Positions 40,405 to 51,870 of a stretch of 64,000 nucleotides of DNA are shown piece by piece (the stretch's first letter is position 1; each line of letters starts with the position of its first letter). The translations under genes were made by a program, and so were the position numbers. Source of the DNA: Chrysomallon squamiferum (lineage: Eukaryota > Animalia > Mollusca); the NCBI GenBank assembly GCA_012295275.1, contig CM022673.1:19096001-19160000 (forward strand), written 5' to 3'. The notes below the pieces were generated by a model, which saw only the letters and a program-made list of their open reading frames with translations, made no database searches and had not been told where the DNA came from.

Positions 40405-43400
40405 ATGCACTTCACGGAAACTGCAATTATACTTTCTCTTGCAATGATTTTTTCAACTTCTGATCAGTTTTATCGGAGATGCACTAAGAACTTCTGTGGT
40501 AATTTCAACTATATGGATATACAAAGATTTTACGGAGGTTTATTCAAAACAAAACAACAAATAGCTCGTGAGGAAGCTAGATGGAGGAAAACTCACCAAA
40601 GGAGGCATGGCGGCAATATGATGTTTTTCTGGGAATCAATATTTGACACTTCGTACGACAGTTCGTATGAATCTACTTCTGATAATTCTAATACGCCGAA
40701 TCACGATTTCGATCAGTGTTGTCCAACGTAAGTTTTAAAGGCACAGTACTTATTTAAACACACGCACACTTACACAATATATAAACACCTAAATAACTCC
40801 ATTTAAAAAAAAACAAAAAACTGATATGCCGCTTTCTCTTTTACGAAATTTAACGAAGTGAATCCATGAAAGAACCAGATTAAAAAGAAAATCATAATTC
40901 TCGCTCGTTTATAGACCTATACACTGTGTGTGTGTGTATGTGTGTGTGTGTTTGTGTGTGTGTGAGTGGGTGTGTATATTTTGAAGTGTATGTGTAAATC
41001 ATAATATATTCTGTCAATTGAACAGAGATTAAAAGTGAATAAGGAATTTATCGTTAATTATTTGGGATCCCTGCGCACGATCCTAAGATCATGCGGACTA
41101 ACGAATCATTACCCGTTTAAGGTAGCATATTTAAATACTATTACTGATACATAAAAAGTATTTACCGTATTACTTTAAAGCAAATGAAAAAAAAAAAAAA
41201 AAAAAAAAAACCGTCAATACTTTACTAGGCAAGTTAATAATATATGTTTTAATATTTATGTGTCTTTAAAAAAGCAAAAAAATAATAATTTAGAGCGCTT
41301 TTATAACATATGCTACAGATTCCGCATTAACATAATCTCGCCCAGACGACAATAGGCTACAGTCGTGGGGATTGAAACTCGAAACACTCAGAAGGGTCGA
41401 CAAACCTACACCGGTGGCTGAAGAAAATAATAAAAATTTAGGTGCGTAATTTTACTCGTAACGTTGTAAATATAGAGTTTGTATGTTAAAATATTCGTAT
41501 TCCGGACAATCTTTGAAGGAACATAAACTACACATAGTAGCAAATGCTTTTTGCATAATTAAGAATATTATACATAACGTGACTGTTCTAACTTTTAACT
41601 TCTATGTTGACACTGTTTACTGCCAGTTCTGTTTTCTGTCTTTTTTTTTTCTTGTTTCCTTCTTTTTTATTTCCTCATTATTATTTTTGTTTTTGTTTTT
41701 GGAGGGGAGATGTTTTTTGATAAGTCATGGTATCGGAAAATTTCGAGGTCAGTATAATTTTGCAAAAATAGCATTAATTTTCTTCCGGAAAGAAGTTAGA
41801 TTTTTATGATTTAAGTTTGTTTTTCGAAATTAATATACTTCTAATTCTGTAATAAAAAATCTGTAAGAAACGAACTGTAATTGTACTTTATTGTTTGCCA
41901 ATAAAGAACTTTTTCTTGTACTGATGGCATATCGCACGTGCTGCTAAAATCTTCAAAGGAAATGATTATTACATTGACTCTCATTGTTTAATACGTGAAA
42001 AACATTCCATGACTGTACAGTCTGGTATTTCAGATTATATCTCTGCCTTACGATACTATCAAGTGTCCTTCGTTATCGAGTTATAATTTAAGACTGAGAT
42101 GCGTTTTCGTAGAAGGCCTACACAGATATTTACGGCCATTTAGAGTTACATATCTGAAGTATAATAATAATAATAATAAAATTATTATTATTATTTAATT
42201 ATTTACTTTAAATTATTAATAATTAATTAATTAATTAACTAATTTATATATTTACATTGATTTAAATAACATAAAAGTTTAATAACAATTTCATTACAAA
42301 TTATTATTATTTTTGTTTGCAGGAATCGAATGAATGATAGAATGTTTAACGATACCCCAGCATAAAAATTATATCGGTTGTTGGGTGTCAAACAAAATTA
42401 AACATAACAAAATTTACAGGAATCGCGCCTGTTAGCAATTGTTTAAATCTTGTATTTATTTATTTATTTATTTATTTTATTGACGCCTTCAAAGAACATC
42501 TGGATTCATTACTTAATTCGATCCATCTCCCAGTTCTCGAAAGAGACTGTTGTAGACGATTTGAAAATTTTACACATTGCCTCGATTTTGTATTATTATT
42601 CTTTATTTTTAAATAAAATTAATTAAATAAATTATATTCTGAGATTAATGAGTTTACTGTAAAACTTCTATTACTGTTTTTATTTTAAATGCTTCCCTTA
42701 AAGCGGTTATTCCTTGTGTTTTGATTTTAAATAGAAAATTAAAATTTATAATAAATTTGAAATTATTCCGATACTTGTTACCGGATTTTCTTATGAAACT
42801 AGGTAAAATTACGATTAGTGTAAATTAGGTTTCTAACAACGGTAAGATTATGAAATGTGTTACTTCTAGTTCCCGGTCTCACGTCAATCAGACTGTCATG
42901 AGAAACATTAATGGAGAAACTCGAGTGATTGTACACCTTGACCAGCTAACCCCGCCTCAGTATCAGTGGATACCACATGCAGAGTGTTCGTAAGTACTAA
43001 ACATAACACTCACTCGTCTAAACTGAACTAATTTAGTGGTAATTCAAGCTTTATCTATATATAACCTAAATAAATAAATGATAACATTCATCACAGTAAT
43101 GACGAAAATCCCACCATGGCCGTAATTAGACTCTTTTTCAAATGAGGCAAAAACACTTAATCGCCGAGCTCCGACTTGAAAGATTTTAATGACAATATAC
43201 ATTGCATCACGGCGGGAACCGGGTTAAGACTGAAACGTGAAAAGGATTCTGTATGTCTTAAATCATCAGGTGTTCGATAAACCTGTTTGATGTCTACGTC
43301 TTTGAAGTCGGTTATGACTTTAATCGCAACGCTCTCGCTAGACTTCAAACGGTAGCCGTAGACATAAACGAATTCTGTCGTTTCTGTCGGAATAGAAATC

Positions 43401-43735
43401 TTTGTTTCATATTTTTAAAATAAAATCTTTGTATATATATATAAAATCTACAATTTCGGTATGAGGCCATGCACGTAAAATTCTAAATTTATAACATTTA
43501 ATTTACAATAGAAAAACTTAGAAATTATTTATATGTATTTTAATCTTAGGAAAACAACAATTCGTATAATTTATCAAAAACTGCGGTATGTACATTTTTT
43601 AGACTGGCGACGACGTGTTGCTCTCAGTATCTTTATTATCCTTAATACTGGTTCTAAATGTAACACTGAGTCAAACAATTTTTCTAATAAATACAATCAT
43701 TTTACTTATAAAATAAATCACAGTCTTAAAATATA

Positions 43736-43820
<85 letters not shown>

Positions 43821-44064
43821 AATGATTAACCAGTATTTAATGTATGTATGTGTGTGTGTGTGTATATATATATAAAATATTATCTTATGATCAGACTGAT
43901 GTTAATACTTTGTGTTTTTCAGGTCAGCGCCACACTTTTGTTTTGGAACTTGCAAACTAGAGAATATTACACTATATTTGCTAGTAGCGGACTTCACTAA
44001 ATGGCCTCCTTTCGAATTCGACAGATTTTCAGTGCCAGGCTACTGTTCGTGTAAGAGTTCATAG
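40405..44064 (+). CDS. Secreted Spaetzle-like cystine-knot prepro-protein, paralogue 2 (194 aa)
   Basis: Exons 40405-40727, 42870-42989 and 43923-44064, with the same intron positions and phases as paralogue 1. Signal peptide MHFTETAIILSLAMIFSTS; HQRR site; domain CCPTSRSHVNQTVMRNINGETRVIVHLDQLTPPQYQWIPHAECSSAPHFCFGTCKLENITLYLLVADFTKWPPFEFDRFSVPGYCSCKSS*. Confidence 0.85.
42323..42392. repeat. Short hairpin-forming interspersed repeat fragment
   Basis: aatgtttaacgataccccagcataaaaattatatcggttgttgggtgtcaaac forms an imperfect stem. It resembles a common gastropod repeat end as I remember it; unverified. Confidence 0.35.
43115..43471. mobile_element. MITE, ATGGCCGTAA-terminal family, copy 2 (intron of paralogue 2)
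   Basis: catggccgtaattagactctttttcaaatgaggcaaaaa...tttcggtatgaggccatg. Collinear with 28133-28396 but carries an extra internal segment. Confidence 0.75.
43739..43818. repeat. Interrupted poly(A) tract
   Basis: About 80 nt of A broken by one gatt. Confidence 0.9.
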
Positions 44065-44162
44065 AAATCAGATCATTTTGTAAATGATATGCCACAATAT
44101 AGAGAAAGGAACATCATCTTACAAAGATGTTTTAAAATAGGAACAATAAACCGAACACACCT

Positions 44163-44165
<3 letters not shown>

Positions 44166-44231
<66 letters not shown>
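44166..44231. repeat. (AAT)n microsatellite
   Basis: Direct reading. Confidence 0.95.
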
Positions 44232-44232
<1 letters not shown>

Positions 44233-44616
44233 TATTTGTCTTCTGTTTGAGTATAATCCATAAGAAGATCAGCTTTTCGGTAAGGTTTACGTACAACTTA
44301 ATAAACAATATATATCGGTTTTGTTATTTTAGTAATTGTTTCAATTTATCTCGATTCAGTAAAGAAAACATTTATTACGATCAATTCAGAGATAACTGTA
44401 AGATAATACGAGTATGTGTTTGAGTGTGTATGGGAGAGTATGTACATTTTGATTATGATTTGTGGAGGTCCACTAACATACAACAGCCAAACATAAAATT
44501 AATCTCACACACCCAGACACACACACAAGACACACAATCAATGCATTTAGCCATAACAATCCTGTCGTTAGGTAACAAGTATCTATTGATGTTGGAAATG
44601 TGTACCTATTATACAG

Positions 44617-45067
44617 GTGGCTGGAAAAAAAGTCACATGAAAATAAGTCATAGAAAAAAGTCATAAAATGTATGGGTTTGTAAAGTATTGAATGTGGCAT
44701 CATAATATGCATGGGGTAATTGTTAAGATTACTGATTAGGCTACATTGAAGAAAGATGCTTCATATTGTGCAGGGGTGGTGACTTGTTACACTTATTAAT
44801 TAGGATCAGTTAGGCAGGATTAGGTCTAGCTTAGATTTAAACTAAGGGCTTTCTTTTGTAAAAGATTTATAAAAGGTCCCAGGTTAAAATGTGTTTCACT
44901 CTATATTCTCCAGCTTTATGTAGTATCAGAAGTATGTTTAATATGGAAATTATTCATAGCAGTAAGGGTGGTAACAAAATCTGTAATGAGGGGTTTTATG
45001 TATACCAAACATGCAACTCGCAAAATAAAGTTGTGTTTTTTTTGCCTGTGACTGTTTTCCTAGAATC
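44617..45067 (+). mobile_element. Internally deleted Mutator-like (MULE) element with a FLYWCH fragment
   Basis: Perfect 9-bp flanking direct repeat ATTATACAG (44608-44616 and 45068-45076). TIRs ggaaaaaaagtcaca / tgtgactgttttcc. Internal ATG at 44943 gives MEIIHSSKGGNKICNEGF, then after a 1-nt frameshift MYTKHATRK, resembling the start of a FLYWCH zinc finger of MULE transposases. Confidence 0.8.
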
Positions 45068-45672
45068 ATTATACAGTCTAAGACTGCGTTCATTTGAAAC
45101 ACAGACACCGTGTTTACGCATAACCGTGTTTAGTTTTTCTCAGGCAGATGAAGGCATTCATGAATACCAAACATAATTCGACACGGGGCCTGGACATAAT
45201 ATAAAGTGACGTATAACACACTTTGTGCACATTTTTTAATGTCGTTGTTACCTTCTTTTATTAGACGACGAAAAACTCTTTGTTGTTATCCATATTTTTA
45301 TTGTAATGTCATGTATACACCCATTAATAAAACACATAACAATATATAAGCTGGAAGGGTGGAGCATAACGCACAGTCGGGGTCAAAAGTCTACTCCATA
45401 AATATCAGCTGTATGTCAATTCACGCAGCTGGTTACTTAGTACTTTATTAGCTTGCATTTGCATATATGGCAGTAGTAATGAAATAATAAATCTATCTAT
45501 CAGTAAAATAGTGCGGTTGTTTTCATTCAGTTTTGGAATTAAATTTCCTTTTCCCTTTTTTAATTTTACATTACAAACCAGGGTACTGTCATCGGCTATG
45601 TCCATAGATAAAGTTATTTTGTCAAAGCTAGTGAAAGCTATTTTTTTTTCGCCATTTTATAGGAGGTCTTTC

Positions 45673-45710
<38 letters not shown>

Positions 45711-45732
45711 AGCTGGCTTATTTTGCATGAAC

Positions 45733-45843
<111 letters not shown>

Positions 45844-46203
45844 AATACAATCAGGGTGACAGATTCCTCTTCAAATTATCTTTGAGGAGAGAAAGAGTCT
45901 GAAATAAATCCATGTGTTTATCATGTCTTAATAAGAGCATGACAAGTTTCACTCCTTCATATTTGAATACGGAATCAATTTTATACTTGGATGTATTTTT
46001 GCAAATGGTTTTTTAATGTTTCATTTTATTTCCTGCGGATATCTTAGATATGCATATCTGCAGTTAAATTTATTTCCACACAGTTCATTTAGTACAGTGT
46101 ATGGATGAAGCAAACAATGTCATGTATCACACTAAATATAAGGAATACAAATGCTAGATGTAAATTAATTACATTACAAAATGAAGTATAGGAAATAAAT
46201 GGG

Positions 46204-46304
<101 letters not shown>

Positions 46305-46437
46305 AGATTTCATTTTATTTTATTTAAAAAAAAAAAATTTAACATAATATTCATCATAAACCGTCCAGAAGGATTATTTAATGTGATAATTAAAAAACAA
46401 TAAACAATTAAACGTTTTTCTTAAACCCTCACTAATA

Positions 46438-46871
46438 TTATATGTTCTTGCATGAACAATAAGCAGGAAGTTCAAAGCGGTCAAAGGTGAAAGGCGCCAA
46501 CATATTTGAGAAATCAGCAACAAGCAGAAAGAACGTCTGTTTCTCTTGATGGCATTTAACTGAACACGAACCAGGACCATTTCTGTAAAACAAAAACAAA
46601 CAGACTATATTTTCTTTCAAAGCAGACATTAAAACATCTAGGATATATTTCATTTTACTATATGAACAAATCGACAGCAAGAAGATATTGGTGGCAGCTC
46701 CTGAGTACATATTCTAAAAGAATCGTTTCTTCTGTTTTCCTGTCTGTACAGTAAAATTTGAACTTCAATGGATCTTTTAATTTTTTATATATTTTTGTTT
46801 GTTTCCTTTTCATTGATACATTAAATACCACCACCACCACCACCACCACCACCACCACCACCACCACCACC

Positions 46872-46915
<44 letters not shown>

Positions 46916-47328
46916 AATAATAATAATGATAATAATAACAATAATAATAATGATAATAATAACAATAATAATAATAATAATAATCATAATAATAATAATA
47001 ATAATAAAACTTTATTTCATGGCCTTACATTGTTGGGGGTTGTATTCATTATTTAATTCTGTCCACCTCTAACTTAAGAACAAATTACGGGAGATAAATT
47101 AGTGTGCACTATTTTTTTTTTACTTTAAGAGTTATTGTTCCGCAATCTAAATGCATTCAGACATTCATACATAATCACATTCTACATACGTATGTACGTA
47201 TATTACATAGCACTGAAATAAAAACAGAATTTAAAGAATACTGATACAAACTGGAGTCGATAATTGACTGCTGGGATAATGTGTATTGTTCCCTATTTAT
47301 TTTTTAAAATTTTGCTTTTATTATTTTT

Positions 47329-47420
<92 letters not shown>

Positions 47421-48563
47421 TGATTAATCATTAAGCTAATTAATCAAGAGAAGAGGACAGCTCTGTCACACAAGATTACAGTAAGAAGAAGAAGAAGAAG
47501 AAGAAACTGTACTGTAACTCTGTATGACTATAGTGCATTTTTTTGTGTGTTTCTTTATTCTTTTTTTTCTTTCTTTTTTTTCTTTTTTTAATGATTAAGA
47601 AAACGTTTTCTGTGGGATAGTGAATCCCTGACATGAAAAGAAAAGGAAAATTAAATTAAAAGTAGTCTGCATGAAAAGTGAAGAAAGGTTATAAATTTCC
47701 ATACTTTTATTTCACCCTCAGTATTTTTTTAAATCTTAAAATGTTGTCACACAACGGAGGAGCCGAAGGGCACAGTTATTGTACTTTAGAAAAACAATAA
47801 AAACTTACGAACATAATCCTTGTGGAACAAGCTGATATTTAGGAGGATTTCTTGAAGTTAGATGAATAAGAATTTTCTTCTGGCCCTCTATGTTAGTAAG
47901 AGTGGTATTTCGTACGAATGCCACCTTTCTGAAATAAAAGCTAAATAACTGAAACAACTAACTGACATTCATAAACGAATTTAGTGTGTATGCATTTTTT
48001 ATAATATAAATACCTATGATTTGTTATACCTGTATGTATGTGCGTGTGTCTGTATGTGGGCGTATATATATATGAATATGGATGTATGTCTGTATGTATG
48101 TGTGACAAAGCTAGATATTTTCGTCTTTGTTTTAATTTTGAAACCCCGATGTGTATTAAGATAATAATATGATTTGTTATGACTGTGTGTATGGGTGCGT
48201 GTGTATGTGTGTGTATAGTAAGCCCATTAATGCCACATCAGCAACTTACGTTGGACAACACTGATCATAATCTGTATCATGTGCTGGAACATGTTTTTCG
48301 TTTCTCAAAGTGATCGATTTAAATTTCTGATGACTTTTTATCCACTGATTATTCATTTCTTCAATTTGTTGTTTGGTGAAAAACAGGTTTCCGAACAAAG
48401 TGTCTATTTTCTTCTCGACATCCAAACACCAGAATTCATCAGAACATTGTTGATTTGCTTCATTAACGTAATACAGTTTTTCAGTTGTTTTTGTATCAGT
48501 TGCAACAGAATTATTTGTTTTGTAAACTATCCACAGCAACCATAACCACAACCACTTACACAT
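46438..48563 (-). CDS. Secreted Spaetzle-like cystine-knot prepro-protein, paralogue 3 (192 aa, inverted, most divergent)
   Basis: Exons 48563-48250, 47928-47809 and 46582-46438, with the same intron positions and phases and a 120-nt middle exon. N-terminus MCKWLWLWLLWIVYKTNNSVAT; domain CCPTKVAFVRNTTLTNIEGQKKILIHLTSRNPPKYQLVPQGLCSNGPGSCSVKCHQEKQTFFLLVADFSNMLAPFTFDRFELPAYCSCKNI*. A 5'-UTR intron is implied by an acceptor at 48593 and a donor gtaagt at 48890. Confidence 0.85.
46827..47007. repeat. Compound trinucleotide microsatellite (ACC)n(ACA)n(ATA)n
   Basis: Direct reading; lies in an intron of paralogue 3. Confidence 0.95.
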
Positions 48564-49978
48564 TGTCTGACAAAAATGGTGTACAGGACCACCTTGGTTA
48601 AGAAATCCAACAAAAAGTAAGTAGTAACCATGTATATAAATAAATAAAATGATCAAACGTGATTTCCTGCATAACATTAAACAAGATAAAAAAAATATGT
48701 ACAATAATGTTTTATAATTTATTAGAAGTGTTTTAAGAATTCGCTATTTAAAATACATGTTTTGGAATTTGATAAAAAGAGAAATTAATTAAATTTATTG
48801 GTCACATCCTTGAGAACGATACATTTTATCACAGAGCTAGTCGAAGACAAATAAATTTCATTCAAAGAAGAAAATAAATAAATCACTTACTTTTACAATG
48901 AAATCAGACAGCCGCTGAACAGACAGATTTTGAAAACAGTAAGTAAATGCGACGTTATTTTAAGCGATGCTGATATTTATTCTGCACGAAATGTCAACTA
49001 TAAGGTGACGTTGTAATGTTTAGTTAATTTCTCTCGTGATGTCTAATTCCTGATTTGTCACTGGTGAACACAGGATTTAGTCAGGAATGCTATCACTTAA
49101 TTTACATAAAAATCATTTAGTCCGCTTGTTTCAAAATTTTCACCTTGTTTAAGTTCCTAACTAGCTCTTTTTATAACTATTACTTGTTTGAAATTATCAT
49201 TCAGATACATATTTATTTATTGAAATTAAAAATATTTTTTATGTGAAGTGTAAAATAATATACAGAACGAATTAAAATCGTGTGTGAACATTTAGTCAGT
49301 CCTCGGTAGATTAAATGTCAGAGAACTGTTTTAAAATTCGTGTTAGCAATGCTAGGAACTGTCGTAATTAATTTAGAAATAGGTAAGGCTTTATTTGATC
49401 AACAAAGCGTCTGAAAACAAGTAAATAGTGGTTTGGTACGTCGTTTTCAAACGCTGTTTTACAAGTCGATATCATCAAGTGTCATTCACTTTAAATACAG
49501 TTATTATTATCTTTGTTTAAAGTCATTAATGAGTGTGTGTGTTGTTGTTGTTGTTGTTTTTGTGTGTGTGTGTGTGTGTGTCCTGATTTAATAATTTTTA
49601 TCTATGCCTTTTCTACCTCTGTGTAATTTGTATTTAACTGGTTCCAGTTTTCTGACTTTTACTTACATCGATAAGAGAAGATATTTTCAAGGATGTTAAA
49701 TAAAAATAAATAAATATATGATTCCGTTTAAATAATTACTGTCGGGATTAATCACTGACGCCTGCGTTTTCATAAGCTGGTGATGATTTGATTCTCCTGT
49801 AAGCTGCCTTAAGTTTCACTTAAATCGAATGTCTTGTATGTACTCTACCTGTATGTTGAGAACATGTAATGAAAAGTAAAAAAATAAAAATAAAAATAAA
49901 AAAAAAAAAATAATATTAAAGAAAATTCATAATTTACTTTATATTTAGAAAATAAGTGGTTTTATTTATTTATTTATT

Positions 49979-49979
49979 A

Positions 49980-50028
<49 letters not shown>
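49979..50028. repeat. (TTA)n microsatellite
   Basis: Direct reading; another (AAT)n tract at about 60289-60348. Confidence 0.9.
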
Positions 50029-50029
<1 letters not shown>

Positions 50030-50988
50030 TTGTAGTGTTTTTATTTATTTCAATTTTTGTTTTTGTTGTTAGGTGCTCTATTTTATTGTTTCTATTATAA
50101 TTATATTTTAATGAGAGAAAGAGAAAGATAGACAGAAATGGAGAGAAATTAAATAATGTTTTTTTTTTTTTTAATCTATATACTAATGGCTCTTTTTATT
50201 TTGTTATTTTTCATTTATCTTTAGAATAACAGATCACGATATATGTTCATTGTTCATTCGTTAGGTTTGCTTTTAACTGGACCTGAGCGAATACAATAAA
50301 AAGCCGCTAACAGTGCTGACAGCGAAGCAAAAAAGGAAGAAAAAAGTCGTCATTATACTTTGGTGGGTTTATTTTACGCCAGAGGGCTTTTTAGTATGCA
50401 GGTCTGAACTCGAGCGGTAACTATACACAGACAGAGAATAAGGGAATAATAAAACTACAGTCAAGCAAATACGTCGATGTGTTCTTAACTGAACTTCTTG
50501 GATACCCATGGCATGTGTGGATTGTTTTCCGAAGACGCAGGTATGTAATATTTTAAAACTTTAAACGTTTCCCTTTAAAAGAATACATTATTATATCCAA
50601 ATAACTGTGTGCAATGTTTATCACAATATGTGTTTTTAAGTCTTTTATGATATCTAAACTGATCCATTTAAACCATGTAGAAGACAATAATTTTTATTTT
50701 TAACATATATATCTCTGTTTATAAGATATGTTCCTTTATTATAAATATCAATATTAACCTTTCTTTATTATCATACAGAAGAAGCTTTTTATCCAATTTA
50801 ATACTGATAAGGATCGTCATGTAATACTGGAAATGTAAATACAATAAACAGAATTATAGGCTAGTCTGTATTTATGTAAGCATTAAATATCTTGAGATAT
50901 ACTTAGACTAATACTGATAAATGTCTCCGTACGTCACTGATAAATATTAGTTAATATATATGTATGTGTGTGTATATGTGTGTGTGAG

Positions 50989-51089
<101 letters not shown>

Positions 51090-51870
51090 TTAATACTAAA
51101 CTTTTATCGATTAATCAAAAGGTTAATCATGGAAGTGACTAATACCTTTTAAAATAATAATTTATCTAGGTAACAAGATAATCAGAATGCTGTATGTTAT
51201 TTTATTATTCCAGTTGTTGACACAAATAATAACAAATCTTGATGGTATACCACTAACAGTTCATTATGCCAATAGAAATCCCTTAAATATTTAAATTTGT
51301 TCTTGCATGATTTTTATGGACTTTTTTTTGTTGGTTTTTGTTTGTTTCATTACTTATATCATACATTCAATGAAAAAAAAAAAAAAAACAACAACAATGA
51401 GAAAACGTTAATCGTATTAACGAGCTTTTAAATGCTATGTATAGTCGTGAACCTGTAATTAATATACAGAGCATTTACTTATCAACCGGCTGGAATAGTT
51501 TTCAATACAGGATTTTTTTTTATCGCTGTTTCGGACAGTATGTTTATGAGGTTATTTAACAATTTTATGTTAAAAAATCCAGCAAAGCGTGAAAAAGATA
51601 TATCGAATTTCAGCCGAGATAACAAACAGAAAGGCCCTTGTACCGACAAAAACAGAAACAGTTTCCACGTCATATATGTGGGTGTTACAAATTATGGTGA
51701 CATGAATAATTTTATTCATAAAACAGAACTATTGTTCCAAAATTCAACGACTTTTTATATAAAAAAAAAAAAATCGCCATTAATTACATCTTAGGTTTTA
51801 TGAATGTTAACTGCTGTGTGTGTGTATATGTGATAATTATATCAGTTTGATTTAAACCAGGATTATTAAG

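Noticed and set aside
41360-41420. tRNA or B-box-like sequence (ggggattgaaactcgaa)
   Set aside because: No cloverleaf could be folded; at most a decayed SINE head.
45373-45605. Tc1-like terminus cagtcggggtcaaaagt and the adjacent 66-aa ORF
   Set aside because: No matching second terminus and no transposase motif were found.
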